Assembly (NCBI RefSeq): GCF_004010195.1
Contig: NC_057718.1
Location: 94,862,702-94,926,701, forward strand
Length of the DNA: 64,000 bases
Source: Chiloscyllium plagiosum
Lineage: Eukaryota
Reading direction: 5' to 3'
The translations under genes were made by a program, and so were the position numbers. Shown one piece after another: positions 26,182 through 39,654 of this stretch. The notes below the pieces were generated by a model, which did not search any database, was not told the DNA's origin, and saw nothing but the letters and a program-made list of their open reading frames with translations. Position 1 is the stretch's first letter. Each line of letters starts with the position of its first letter.

Positions 26182-26647
26182 TCCTTTACTGAGAAGTGAC
26201 AGAGCGGAAGCAGAAAGCCCTGGAATTTGCTGGAGTTAATGAAAAAAGTCTTTGTCCTACTAATTGCAACACTGATAGAGGATAATGATCAACAAAGTTG
26301 ATGCACTGCCAGTTTTTGACATTGTATTTTTAAAGAGTGGAAAATGTAAAGATACATCATGATGCTGCTTTATGCCAGAGATTTGAAATGATAAAAGGCA
26401 ATTGAAGAACACATTTCTATTATGACCTGGACAGAGCAGAGGACTGCTTTTTGTCCACTTTTTTTATTTACAGACATTCAATAGGAAGCATGCACAGCTT
26501 GCCTATTCCAACCAGATGGCACAGATCTACCAGAGTCACTCCATTCACCAGGACCTCACCACTATCAGCTTTTCACAGTGCAAGTTAAAATGTTTACACA
26601 AAAACAGAACATTGGCGGAAAAGCTCAGCAGGTATGGCAGCATCTAC

Positions 26648-27292
26648 AAGTTGCAAGATGGCGGCAGAGAGAGACACTCCAGCCGGAGCATCTGTCCTCA
26701 CCAGTTCCTTTTCCTTCCTCTTTCTTTTTGTCCCCTTAGCAGTTTTTCTTACCCTCACCCAACTTTTAACTTATTAAACTGCCCCGAATGGCGGGAATGA
26801 GACCAGCCTGGTGTGGGAGATGAGTCCCAGTGCGGGAAGCGAATTCTGACGGCCCCCGGAGTTGGAGTAGACCAAGGCTGGGCCAACCTTTTGGGTCGAG
26901 TCCTTAGGTTAGTGTCCAGTCATGGAACCCAGCCGTGGCTGGGGAGCAGAGTGAGCTTGGGCTGAGCTGGGAGACAAATCATGGTCTGAAGCCCGGAGTG
27001 GGAGCAAAGTGAGACCAGGGCAGCTGGGGCGACAAGTCCTGGAAATGCTTTTGGGACAGCAGTCAGCACATGGAGGCAGCAAGGCCTTGTGTTCTGAAGT
27101 CCAGTGGGCATGGACTCAGTGAAAAGGGATTATAACTAAAGTACTTTTAAGATACTTTTTAAACTCGTCTTTTTTTTAAACTATTTCATATCTGTAGCAG
27201 CACTTAAAGTATGTGTACCTAAGATGTGGCTAAGAGGTGACATTACAAACTTTTCACTGCACTTAAATGAATGCAATGAGAATAAAAGCTGT
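26648..27292 (+). mobile_element. Non-autonomous Rex1-like element (5' caagatggcggc head, Rex1-type tail)
   Basis: Begins aagatggcggc and ends tgtacctaag...aacttttcactg...aataaa, like the Rex1 tails at 20932 and 54400. A similar head sits at 12643. Confidence 0.5.
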
Positions 27293-28094
27293 TTTAATTC
27301 TAAGATAAAAAGAAATGTTTCAATTTTATGAACTTTATGAATTTTAGTGACTGAGGTGGTAACAAAAATCTCAATGAATTTTGACAAAGCACAAAGATAG
27401 AACTGTTCAGAGTTGCCTGTGAAAATAAGAATTTAGCTACTGTCTTCAGGCTTGTGTTTAGCCCTTGCTTAATGTGTTTATCATCTCACACCACACACAT
27501 TTCAGTTGTTAACGCACCTTTATTTTTTGATTTACTGTCTGGAATTTTACTTAGTCATACTGGCTGTTTGACTAAAATAAACTGGAATAGAATACTCATT
27601 TTGACTGGATGTCAAATATCAACTTGACACAGAGTACATGGAAAACAATTTTTATCATCAAAGAACAGAAAATCATCAATAAAATTCTTGAGATTTTTGT
27701 TCGATCAAATTAGTGATGAATTTTTAAGTTGTTTTAAAAATCTAAAATGGTGTAGTCTTTCTTGTTATTAAAAATGCTATGTGAGTGAAACAGATTTGTC
27801 TTGTCTATTGAGAACCGTTGCTGAAAGGAAATTGAGTTATTTGCTTGTACCATTGTTTTAGATTATCTGAAATACTGTGGTCCACTTTGTATGGACAGGG
27901 TAATGTGTGTGTGTCTTCCCAGACAATCTTTTGGTTTGCCCTCCAGGATTATTTATGACATCATCTGCTAATCTTAAAAATTGGGGAATGTTTCTTCCAA
28001 GAGAAGAATCCTTCTGTCCATTCAGTAATTTTTGAGCATGCATTGATGGTATGACTATAATATTTTCCTTAATTCCATTATAATTTACAGTTGT

Positions 28095-28717
28095 CATAGA
28101 GTCATAGAGATGTACAGCACGGAAACAGACCCTTCGGTCCAACCTATCCATGCCGACCAGATATCCCAACCCAACCTGGTCCCACCTGCCAGCACTTGGC
28201 CCATATCCCTCCAAACTCTTCCTATTTATATACCCATCCAAATGCCTTGCAAATGTTGCAATTGTACCAGCCTCCACCACTTCCTCTGGCAGCTCATTCC
28301 ATACACATACCACCCTCTGTGTGAAAAAGTTGCCCCGTAGGTCTCTTTTATATCTTTCCCTTCTCACCCTAAACCTATGCCCTCTAGTTCTAGACTCCCC
28401 GACCCCAGGGAAAAGACTTTGTCTATTTATCCTATCCATGCCCCTCATAATTTTGTAAACCTCTATAAGGTCGCCCCTCAGCCTCCAACGCTCCAGGGAA
28501 AACAGCCCCAGCCTGTTCAGCCTCTCCCTATAGCTCAAATTTTCCAACCCTGGCAACATCCTTGTAAATCTTTTCTGAACTCTTTCAAGTTTTACAACAT
28601 TTTTCCTATCCAGGGAGACCAGAATTGCACACAATATTCCAACAGTGGCCTAACCAATGTCTTGTACAGCCGCAACATGACCTCCCAACTCCAGTACTCA
28701 ATACTCTGACCAATAAA
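28095..28717 (-). mobile_element. Young CR1-type LINE 3' fragment
   Basis: Largely intact ORF 'VVKLERVQKRFTRMLPGLENLSYRERLNRLGLFSLERWRLRGDLIEVYKIMRG...WNELPEEVV' with a (ctctatga)n tail. Confidence 0.92.
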
Positions 28718-29159
28718 GTGTCATTGTCAATAACTGTTCACAATTAAGTTACTCTAATTTGCAGTGAAACAAACCAAAATATGTAGCACATAGTAGTGTC
28801 CCTACCTCTGGGCTAGGAGTTTGTATTCAAGTTCCACCTACTACAGAGCTATTTAATAATGTGTCCAACCAGGGTAATTAAAAATGGAAAAAAGAACAAA
28901 ATAGCTTGCAGCATTTTTTTAAGCAAAATGCAAATATCTTTAGCAAAAGAACTTTTAGTATGTAGATTAAGGGTGACATGTATTACATTGTGTAGAACTG
29001 CATTAGTTCTAGTTTGATTGCTAACAATGGGGGTCTTAGTTCATTGCTGAGAAACGATGCAATACCCAACAGACAGCACACAGCACTTTCTGTTTGGTAC
29101 TTGCCATGCATGCAAACCAATCCATATGTGCAAGAAATAATCAAACTTGTAGGTATCCT

Positions 29160-29392
29160 AAAATAAAGCAAAGAACTGCAGCTGCTGTAAATTTGAAAGA
29201 AAAACAGAAATTGCTGGAGACACTCAGCATGTTTAGCAGCATCTGCGGAGAGAAAGCAAAGCTAACATTTAGAGTCCAGCGATCCTTCTTTAGAACTGTT
29301 CCAAAGAAGGGTCCCTGGACTGCTAAGTCTGCTTTCTCTCCACAAATGCTGCCAGACCGCAGTTTCTCCAGCAATTTCTGTTTCTCTTTCTA
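29160..29392. mobile_element. Penelope-derived fold-back element (family B)
   Basis: Inverted arms aaacagaaattgctggaga..agcatctgcggagagaaagca / tgctttctctccacaaatgct..tctccagcaatttctgttt, centred on decayed hammerhead halves. Confidence 0.7.
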
Positions 29393-32379
29393 ACGTGCTG
29401 TTTGTTTGATATAGTTTTGGAGGGACATCTGTGTCTTATACTGAGGCACATAAACCCAGAGAATAGAAGCAAGTTGGCTCTCGTATCTGTTCTTTCTTTC
29501 AAATATAATGATAAAAGATTATTTGTTCAAAATCCACCGTGTAACTAAAGTTCATCTTGTCTGCTTTGATGTCGCATTTCTTTTTTTTTTGAAGACGACG
29601 ACCAGGGCGTTCTCGTCATGTCTGAAAGTTGTTCATACATGAGCCAAGCCTCAGGGGTGTCATGTTTGTGTTCTCCCTGGAGAGCAATGAGTTCTCAATT
29701 TAAAAAGGAAGAGCAGGTAATTTTGTTGGTTGCAACATCCTGCCCCTTCACATTGAAGCTTAGGCAAAATACATGAACAAAATATCTGACTTGAAGACAG
29801 GAATTTTTAGAAAATAACGGAATTGTTTAATTTTATGAAATTTAACCTGTAAAAGATTTGAGTATCAAAGTGGACTGAAGGTGATCCAGAACTCCACTGC
29901 TATGCTACTAGGAAAATCTTACCAACTGCTTCCCAGAGGAAATACTTCAACTTTATTAGTGAGAAGGTTCAAATAACTTTTACATCTGGTGAATCAATTT
30001 TCAATATATTATGTACTTTTTAATAACCAAAGCATATTGAACATACAGACTTTGTTGTCAACTTCCATAAGCATTTATTTAATTCATAAGACTAATGGCA
30101 AATCCAAAACCCTATTGAGGAGTTTGCATCCAATATGATGTATTGGGAGGAATCCAGGACAAGAACTTCTTCAACCACTTCCTGTTGAGGATGACACTTC
30201 AGTCAATTGGGGTTAGAGTTGATGTAAACTTAATAAGATTGTTCCACAGCAATTTCCTGAAGCACATTGTGACCTGGGGTGTTGTATCTGTGTCTCCATC
30301 CTGAATGCTACTTTATGTAGCTACTTGAAATTAAATTCCAGTGCATCACAAAAATCCAGATAGCTGATCAAGTTTACTTTGTAGTCAGCGGAAGTATGTG
30401 GAGTTTCTTGCCATAGAAAAAATCAAAAATCATTTTTAAAAATTCGTATGATTTACTGTTGCCAACTTGGTTTGGTTGTTAGCATGCTAGAATCAAAAGA
30501 TTATAAATTGAGCATAAAATCTTGTCTAATGTTTCAGTGCTTTGCAAGGATATACTGCAGTTCTAATCTCCAATGTCTATTCAGCTGGATGTAAACGTCC
30601 CCATGCCATATTATCCCTGCCAATTTCCTCATTCTAACCAACGCATCGAACAAACCAACAAAAGTAGAATAATTTGTCATTTATTTGCCATTTGTTTGGC
30701 TGCTGCATTTGCCTAAAAAGCAATGAATTGATTGTAAAACATTTTGGATGCCCTGAAAACATTAGGCGCTAACTAAATGCAATTCCTTTGCTCTTTTGAC
30801 ATCATCTTTTCAATTATTTTGATTTTTGCATTAATATGTTAAAGTAATTGATTTGTTAACTTTGCAAAATAAATTACTGAGTTTCATCATTCAAGCTTCA
30901 TATGTTCAGTTTCCTTCTTCAGTGTTGATAGTTAATTAAGATATAGAAAGGATGTCTCTGCCAGCCACACTATTTCCTACTAAACACTACATGTCGCAGT
31001 ACAACTTCATCTCTTGTCTTCAAGGTTTTTGTTTTGAACTTTAGCTTGGGTATGAAAAGATAATATAAAACACAGTCAATTCTTGTAATCAATATTGGTG
31101 CGTGAAACACACAGTTAAACACATGTATATTTTATGTTGCTAACTTGTGTTTAAATAAACATGGACTCTTTAGTGTTAGTGCTCATGATAAAATAGGATC
31201 CTCCCTTATTATATGAAAGAAACATCAGGTACAATGTATTGATCATCTTCATGGGCATTACTCAAGCAATTAGCATTTTATCTCTGCCTGTGCATTCTTT
31301 GTTTCTTCCTGTTACTGTCTCTATCCTTCCACTACTTTCACCTTTTGTTTTCTGTCTGTCTAGTAACAATATTTTCCCATATAGTTACTATGTAGTTCTT
31401 CTGCAGTTACCTCCGGGAATGCACTTATAATGGTTGATACAAGCAAATAAGATAGTTGCTGTAATTAAGAGAGATTGTTGGATATGTCCATCAGTACGGG
31501 TTGAGAAAGAAGGTCTGGAACTTATGGAGAGGACTGTTGGTTTTGAAGCAAACAATTAGTTGGAAAGTGGGAGATCCGCATGTGGTGGTTATTAAGTTAT
31601 GTATGTGGGAAGATCTAGAAATACCAGAGCGATTGCAGTTTAATCTATGTTTATATTCTGTCAGCAAGCTATTATTGATGGAGGATTTTTTGCTTTCAAA
31701 ATTTAACTTGTTAAATTTAAAGATTTGCTACTTGCCACATTTCAGTAACTAGAAAATTTAAATATTTATGGGAAAAAAGAAAAAAGTCTTTGCTTTCCAA
31801 TATTACTTTTAAAACTTCAAACTGAAGCAAGATACTACCTATGCTGTGAAATGTCATTGATTTTAAACAAGTTTTGAAGAAGTCATACCAGACTCAAAGT
31901 TAACTCCCTCTTTCTACAGTTGCTGCTAGACCTGCTAAGTTTCTCCAGCATTCTTTGTGTCTGTTTCAGATTTTCAGTATCTAGTATTTTGCTTTTATTG
32001 ACCTAAAACACTAATTCTGTTCCTCTCTCCACAAATGCAACCTATCTGACTGCGTATTTTCTGCTATTTTTGTTTTCATTTCTGCCTGTCTCTTTTTCGC
32101 GTTTATGAACTCTTCTGGAATTTAAACATCAGTCACTCCTATTCACACTCAATCGTATGCACAATAGATATAAACACTTACTAGTTCAAAAAAACCCAGA
32201 AATTTTACCTGATCAGCCTTTTGAAATTAGTCCTCAAGTTTTCCTTAAATTAGTTTTCAAAAATAACTAAATTGAATATATGTGTGAAAGCATAGTAATT
32301 AAATTTTAAACTGCTCGATAGGCTACAGTCCATGAGATCTGATTTCAGCATAGTGTCACCATTCAACAATATCAAACCC

Positions 32380-32529
32380 AAGTTGAGTGTGTGTTGCTGG
32401 AAAAGCACAGCAGGTCAGACAGCATCAGAGAAACAGGAAAATCGACGTTTCGGGCCAGAGCCCTTCAGGTGCTTTTCCAGCAACAGACACTCAACTGATC
32501 TCCAGCATCTGCAGGCCTCACTGTCTCCT
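32380..32529. mobile_element. Penelope-derived fold-back element (family A) with a 12-bp TSD
   Basis: TSD aatatcaaaccc at 32368-32379 and 32530-32541; inverted arms agttgagtgtgtgttgctggaaaagcac / gtgcttttccagcaacagacactcaact. Confidence 0.8.
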
Positions 32530-33339
32530 AATATCAAACCCTAGTCTTCAATTCCTGACCCCCAATAGGAGCAGAACATTTTCTCAATAACGCACCAATT
32601 GAGAGTTATATGGCTTACAAAGTCTTTAACAAATGTAAATTTATATGAATAACATTGACCTGATAAAATACTTAAATTTATAATTTGCAGTTTCCAACTT
32701 TCCATAAATTTCTTAAGTCTCATACGGTTCAGAAAACAATTTTCAAGCTGCATTTTTGGCGAAGTCTATAAGTGACTAAAAATAAACTACATTGTTTACA
32801 AACTCTTCTCACCACAGACAAAGAAATCATGATTATGGATACTTTCTACCTGCGAAAGTCGTAACAAAAACTCTGTTGTTAATCAATAGTTAAATGTATT
32901 TATATGCCTAACATAGTTTTAAGAATTCAACCTGTTTGAAAATCTTTTCAAAACATTTGCATTCCCACACAAAACCATGATCATGTGCTAATACATAGAT
33001 TACATGGAGAGAAATTCTGCAAATTGCATATACTTGGCAAGCACAGATATAGCTGAAATCTTGTCAAACTGCTGTGATTCAAAATATTCAGTGATGCTCA
33101 GATATTAGGAAGAGTCTGAGAGCTTGAAGTAAGATCTTTAATTTCGGTATTAGAGGACACATGATTAATTCAGTGCTTTGATGTAATCATGTTATTGTGC
33201 AATGTATTTTTTGTTTAAAGCTTTATTTTGGGAATTATACATTTTTTATTGAAATAAAATGGAAAGTAAATTTATTATGGACACTGTTTAATTCTACTGG
33301 TTCATGAAAATATAGCACAGTCATTACATAAAGACTGGT

Positions 33340-33735
33340 TACATCATAGCACAGTTAGTATTAGTCTCACCTTTAAGTAGTCACAAGGATAAGAGTTCAA
33401 ATCCCACCCAGAGAGTTGAGAGCAGAATTATAGGTTAACAGTCTGGAGTCAAGTGTGAGTACTGTAAATCAGAGCTGCATTCTTTTAATTCTGTTCTATG
33501 TGATGGTAAGAGATCATATACTGCTTTTTTCTGGTGAAGAGCAAGTGTGTTATCCAGGTGTCCTGGTCAATGTTTATCTCTCGATCGGTATTACAAAAAA
33601 ATGAACTGGTCATTAATACATTGTTGTATGTAGGCGTTTGCTGTGTGCAAATCAGCTGTTGCATTTCCCTGCATTGCAAAGTGACTGCAATTCTCAATGA
33701 CGTCATTGGCTGTAAACTGCTTTGGGATGTCCAGT
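33340..33735 (+). mobile_element. Ancient Deu-SINE (SacSINE1-like) element; further copies at about 43480-43850 (+), 57900-58230 (-), 59540-59890 (-) and 59990-60300 (+)
   Basis: tRNA-like head (gagttcaaatccca), central gtgtcctggtcaatgtttatctctc block, and L2-like tail gtgactgca...cattggctgtaaactgctttgggatgtcc, repeated at the other loci. Confidence 0.6.
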
Positions 33736-34489
33736 GGTTCTGAACTACATAATTTACAAACAAATCTTCCTTTTCCATGGATTACACAATGATTTTCAAT
33801 GTTGCATGTCAATATAAACTGTAACAAAAATGTGCGGCAAGAGTTTGGATTTGTGGATATTTATTTTCTGCTATATGCTAAAAGATTTGTAAAATGTCCT
33901 GAATATTCAAAGAGGGAAAATTACGCAGAAAACGTCAATACAATATACCATAAAGAGAACAGCAAGTACCAGCTCAACCTGATGTTAATGTAGCATCATG
34001 TGAGATTGATATATAAGTGTAGGTGCTATAACAAAGACTATATTGTGGCACCTCGCTTTTTTATTTTCCTTTTCCAGCAGCAGGAAACTGACTAGATTGG
34101 GTTGGGATATCTGGTTGGCATGGACAGGTTGGACCGAAGCATCTGTTTCCATGCTGTACATCTCTATGACTCTATGAATGTAGCCCTCTTTCCTGAATGA
34201 TGAAAGTGTCAAGTTAAATTATGCACAGCATCACAATGCCTTTATATTTGTAATTAGTTGTCCATTATTGCCACATTTGAGAGCATTAATTCAATCCAGA
34301 CATTTTCAGATTGGGATCTCCAGATTCAGGGGGATTCATAAATGAACCTAATGGATTCCAAAAATAATTCTTGTGTCTGACACTCGTCACTTTGTTGTGT
34401 TACATTGTTTTTAAGAAGCTAGTACAGCAATTTTGAAGATTGTAAATTTTTACATTGCAAAAATAAGTGAAACATTTTTATTTAGGAGC

Positions 34490-34664
34490 GATGCTTTGGA
34501 GATGCCAATGTTGAACTGGGGAGTACAATGTTATAGTCCAACAGGTATATTTGGAAGCACTAGCTCTCGGAGCGCACTCCTTCAGGTGGTTAAGGAGCAG
34601 CACTCCAAAAGCTAGTGCTTCCAAATATACCCGTTGGACTATAACCTGATGTTGTGTGATTACT
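34490..34664. mobile_element. Penelope-derived fold-back element (family C) about 160 bp upstream of the first coding exon acceptor
   Basis: Inverted arms gttatagtccaacaggtatatttggaagcactagc / gctagtgcttccaaatatacccgttggactataac, flanked by a ttaggagc direct repeat. Confidence 0.75.
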
Positions 34665-34821
34665 TAGGAGCAGTCTCCTTATCGCTTTTAATCTAAGGAA
34701 TCTATGAAAAGCAGTAGAAAAATAAGGGGGAAAATGTAGATATTTTTCATATCTAAGTTCGTAGTGTTTAAGTATTCAGTTTTATTCCATTTTTATATTT
34801 TTCTGTTTCTATTCCAAAAGG

Positions 34822-36167
34822 ATGGCTCCATACAAAGTTACGATGGAATCAAAGGCTGCTGCTTCAAATCTTCTAAATGCATTGCATTCTTTCTATCAAC
34901 TTGGCCATCTCTGTGATGTGACTGTCCACACAGAGCACCTTGGGGTTCAAGAAGAGTTTGCAGCTCACAGAGCAGTGCTGGCTGCCTCTAGCAATTACTT
35001 CAAAGAAATATTCCTCAGAGATGAACTGTCTGAGAAAAAGGAAACAACGGTCACATTGCAGGATATTTACACTGAGGATTTTACCTCTTTTTTAGAATTT
35101 GTATACACAGCAAAAATGGAGATTGAGCCTCAGAAAGTATACCGAATGCAGGATGTTGCTGAAAGACTGGAATGTAAAGATCTTGTTGAAGCTTGCGCAC
35201 ATCTGAAGGATGAGCTATCAGAGGAGAACCCAGATTTAAAGGTACAAGTTTGCCAAGAGTATCAGTTTGCTGATAAGCCTGGAAATACTTGGACTACAAC
35301 AAACTCACAGCATCTGGACAGTCAGGAGGTAGACAGTTCATCGAGAATTGTTGCTACACCAATGAAGAACAGACTTTGGGACAAACTATCAAAAAAGAAA
35401 ACCTTGGATACTGGCCAATCACAGATGGAACATTGCAAACAACAGGGAAATGCAAAAGAAGTCACTGAGTCAATCACTGTTATTGATCCTAGCACAGGAA
35501 TAGTTAAATCAACTACCTATACCACAGAAGAGATGAACAAAGAAGATACTGATAGTGCTGATGATCTTGGTCAAAAAGGTGATTGTAAAACTGATTCAAT
35601 AAGCCAGACAGAATCACCAAAAACACGAATTGTGATCAAGAAATTACATTGTTTGGGAGATGACGATGAAATGCATGATGAGTTTGATGGCTCAGAGAGT
35701 AGCGAGCTGAAAAAAATTACCAGGAGTGTGTCCAAGCGTATGCCTCAGAGTTACACGTGCGACAAATGTCACCAGATTTTTCACTTCTTGAAACCATACC
35801 AAACTCACATGAGTGTTGAGCATGATATTACTATTGTCATAAAGTATAGCTGCAGTATGTGTTCTCAGCTTTTTTCCAATCATCAGAACCTAAGGCAGCA
35901 CAGACTGACTGTTCACAACAATGAGCGCCCCTTTGCCTGTTCACTGTGCGACAAGCGATTTAAGCGGCAAAAGGACATCAATGACCATGTTAGGAGAGTG
36001 CATGAGAAGAGAAGGACTCCTCAAACCTGTCCTTATTGTGACAAAATTATTAGTTCAAAATGTGGACTCACTGTTCACATCAGAACACATACTGGTGAAA
36101 AACCATATAAATGCCAGTTTTGTCCAGCTAGCTTTGCTCAACGGTCTGCTTACAACACTCACGTGAG
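34822..36167 (+). CDS. GZF1: GZF1-like BTB/POZ + C2H2 zinc-finger protein, first coding exon (BTB domain + zinc fingers 1-5); possibly a paralogue rather than the strict orthologue
   Basis: Acceptor ttctgtttctattccaaaag|G ATG (exon starts 34821). The BTB motif 'LGHLCDVTV..EHLGVQEEFAAHRAVLAASS..FKEIF...DFTSFLEFVYTAK' closely resembles GZF1 as I recall it. Five C2H2 fingers follow. Donor AG|GTATTA after 36167 (phase 2); the fifth finger is completed by the next exon (HVR|KIH). Confidence 0.9.
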
Positions 36168-36396
36168 GTATTAACAATTTATACACATAATGCTTTCAGA
36201 ACTGATTTGTTTCTTTATATTACATAAAGGAGTCCATATTGAAATGTTTTAAATGTCACATAATGTAAACAGAAAATGCAAGAAATACTTAAGTCAGATA
36301 ACATGTATGAAGTGGGAAACTGAGTTAAGGTTTCTTCACAATACCCTTTTTCCAAATATCTGCTTGGTTTATAGACCACTTTCTATTTTATTTTAG

Positions 36397-38148
36397 AGTA
36401 AGGTTAGGGCCAATCAAGCATAGTAGTGGGAAGTTGTGCATGGAGTCAGGAGGTAGAGGAAGCACTAAATGAATACTTTTTGTCATTATCTTAACCTGAT
36501 GTGAATACTGTGGTCGAGAAGAATACTGAGATACATGTTACTAGACAAAATATGATTGAGGTGCATAAGGAAGAGGTGTTAGCAAGTCTGAAAAGTGCAA
36601 AAATAGGTAAATCCCCTGGATGGATGGGATTTATCCTAGGATTCTCTGGGAAGCCAGGGAGGAGATTGCCAAGCCTTTGGCTTTGATCTTTGTGGCATCA
36701 TTGTCTACAGGAGTAATGCCAGAAGACTGGAGGATAGCAAATGTTGTTCCCTTGTTCAAGAAAATGAGTAGAGACAACCCTGGAAATTATAGACCTGTGA
36801 GCCTTACTTCGGTTGTGGGTAAAGTGTTGGAAAGGGTTATAAGAGATAGGACTTATAATCATCTAGAGATGAATAAGTTGATTAGGGACAGTTAACATGG
36901 TTTTGTGAAGAGTAGGTCGTGCCTCACAAACCTTATTGAGCTCTTCGTAAAAGTAACCAAACAGGTGGATGAGGGAAAAGCGGTTGATGTGTTGTATGTG
37001 GATTTCAGTAAGGCGTTTGATAAGGTTCCCCACAGTAGGCTATTACACAAAATATGGAGGCATGGGATTGAGGGTGATTTAGCGGTTTGGATCAAATTGG
37101 CTAGCTGAAAGAAAATTTTATGGTGGTGGTTGATGGGAAACATTCATCCTGGAGATCATTTACGGGTGGGGTACCACAAGGATCTGTTTTGGGTCCACTA
37201 TTGTTTGTCATTTATATAAATGACCTGGATGAGGGCATAGAAGGATGGGTTAGTAAGTCTACAGATGACACTTAAGGTTGGTAGAGTTGTGGATAGTGTC
37301 GAAGGATGTTTTAGATTACAGAGTGAAATAGAGAAGCTGCAGAACTGGGCTGAGAGATGGCAAATGGAGTTTAATGGAGAAAAGTGTGAGGTGATTCACT
37401 TCGGAAGGAGTAACACGAATACAAATTACTGGGCTAATGGTAAGATTCTTGGAACTATAGATGAACAGAGAGATCTCTGTGTCCAGGTACATCGATTCTT
37501 GAAAGTTGCCACCCAGGTTGATAGGGTTGTGAAGAAGGCATACGGTGTGTTAGCTTTTACTGGTAGAAGGATTGAGTTTTGGGACTATGAGATCATGCTG
37601 CAGCTGTACAAAACTCTGGTGCAGCCACATTTGGAGTATTGAGTACAGTTCTGGTCACTGCATTATAGGAAAGATGTGGAAGCTTTGTGAAGGGTTCAGA
37701 GGAGATATACTAGGCTGTTGCCTGGTATGGAGGGAAGATCTTATAAGGAAAGGCTAAGGGACTTGAGGCTGCTTTCATTAGAGAGAAGCAGTTTGAGAGG
37801 CGACTCAATTGAGACATATAAGATAATCAGAGGGTTAGATAGGGTGGACAGTGAGCGCCGTTTTCCTCAGATGGAGATGGCTAGAACGAGGGGACATAGC
37901 TTTAAATTGAGGGGGGATAGATATAGGACAGATGTCAGAAGTAGATTCTTTACTCAGTAGTAAGGGCGTGGAATGCACTGCCTGCAGCAGTAGTAGACTC
38001 GCCAGATTTAAGGGCATTTAAATGGTCATTGGATAATAATATGGACAAGAATGAAATAGTGTAGGTTAGATGTGCTTCAAATTGTTTCCGTAGGTCGGCG
38101 CAACATCGAGGGCCGAAGAGCCTGTGTTGCACTAATGTTCCATGTTAT
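36397..38148 (+). mobile_element. CR1-type LINE, 5'-truncated (RT domain + 3' tail), inserted into an old family-B element
   Basis: 'KSPG.DGIYPRIL..PEDWRIANVVPLFKK..PGNYRPVSLTSVVGKVLE', 'SCLTNL..VDVLYVDFSKAFDKVPH', [10 protein letters not shown] and TRGH, with several stops and frameshifts. Confidence 0.93.
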
Positions 38149-39654
38149 ATTTTAATTTCCAGAGTCCACGGTATTTTGCTTTTGTAGAAGTATCTAGAAG
38201 CTAGTAATAAATCATTTTTGTTTAGCTCACTCACTTGATGTGGATATCTCAACATTCATACAGTTGACAATTTGTGTGGTTATACTTTCAGTGGGTTTCA
38301 TCAGTTAGTATTCCATTGATTCAGAATTTGAAATGATATTGATCTATCATTCCAAGCCTACGCATTTGTCAATATGTTCTAGATGGTGAGAGAATGGAAT
38401 GTCTGGAACAGGAGTGGAGGCAGGTCCAAATGAGCCACTCAAGGACTCTATATGGGGATAGGGCAGGAGATTGGCACGAGACAGTACAGCTGGTGCAAAC
38501 TGAATGGCACCCTGCTATTCCATAATAATTCTGTGATTCTGTGAGTGCCAAGTTCTTGAATGTTTTTTGAGGAAATGAGCAATGGGTGGTTATATCTGGA
38601 AACATGGGGAATCAATGGGGTTCCATCACTGTTTTCAGTTAAATGAAGACATGTAAATATACTTTAGGTAGTGATGTTGACTGCGCTGTATCTGTGTGCT
38701 ATGAACAGATGGCATTATTAGTCGTGTAAAAATGTCTTAAAATCAGTCAATAAGTATTGAACATGTCTTGTCATTTGCCTATCCATGAGATTCGATAATA
38801 CCACCTTAGAGTGCTTTACTAAGGCTAATAGTAACATTGTAATGTGTTGGTCAGGAAGTGACCATGTTCATTTGGCCAATCTTTTCAAGTTTCCCATTAG
38901 GTGCTGTACTATGATTTTGGAACCAATAATGCTGAATCCAGTAGAATAACAGGAATGATTTAGCTGTGTGCTAAAGCATTTTATTTGCTTACTTGACTGC
39001 CTTCAATCTTCATAACTAACCAGCAAAATTTCAAGCACATATTCTAGCTGTGTTACCTCAAAATACTTTTCCATTTGTGCTATAATTTACACATTACCCC
39101 TTTATTTTATCAAATCTTGAGTGCACACTTCAGACCTATGTTAAACTCCACCTGCCATATCTCTACAGATAAACACATTGATTAGTACCCACATAATTTA
39201 AAAGTATTACAAATGCTGAAGATCTGAAATACAAACAGAAAGTGATGGAGAAACTCAGCAGTTCTGACAGGATCTGTGCAGAGAAAAAGTTAAAAATTCG
39301 AGCCTGACATGACTCTTCAGAACTCAGTTTACGAGTAAACAACTTGATTAGTACCCAATTGGATCTCATTCACAGATGTTTCAAACAATAATCTCTTTGA
39401 TACTGTAATGATATCCTAGAATGTGTGTACACGTTAACCAAAAATCTATTGTCTAATCCCACATTATGAATTTGAGTATAGATTGATTCACTTTGCTAAA
39501 CAGTTCCCTGCAGCAAAGCAGTTCACAGGCTCAATCCAGTAGGGAAGGAAAATCGTCAGTTATTTTGGATTGTTTCCAAGTAACATAACTTAATTTAAAT
39601 ATCCAACATGATGTAAAGACAGATAGTTTGCATAAACATGTATTTTTCTATCTC

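Noticed and set aside
27858..28634. 258-aa ORF as a host gene
   Set aside because: It is the CR1 ORF2 C-terminus reading through into flanking DNA.
23760..33100. Coding-like AT-rich patches in intron 1, possibly an ancient transposase or pseudogene
   Set aside because: There are many stops and no motif I can assign; a translated HMM search would be needed.
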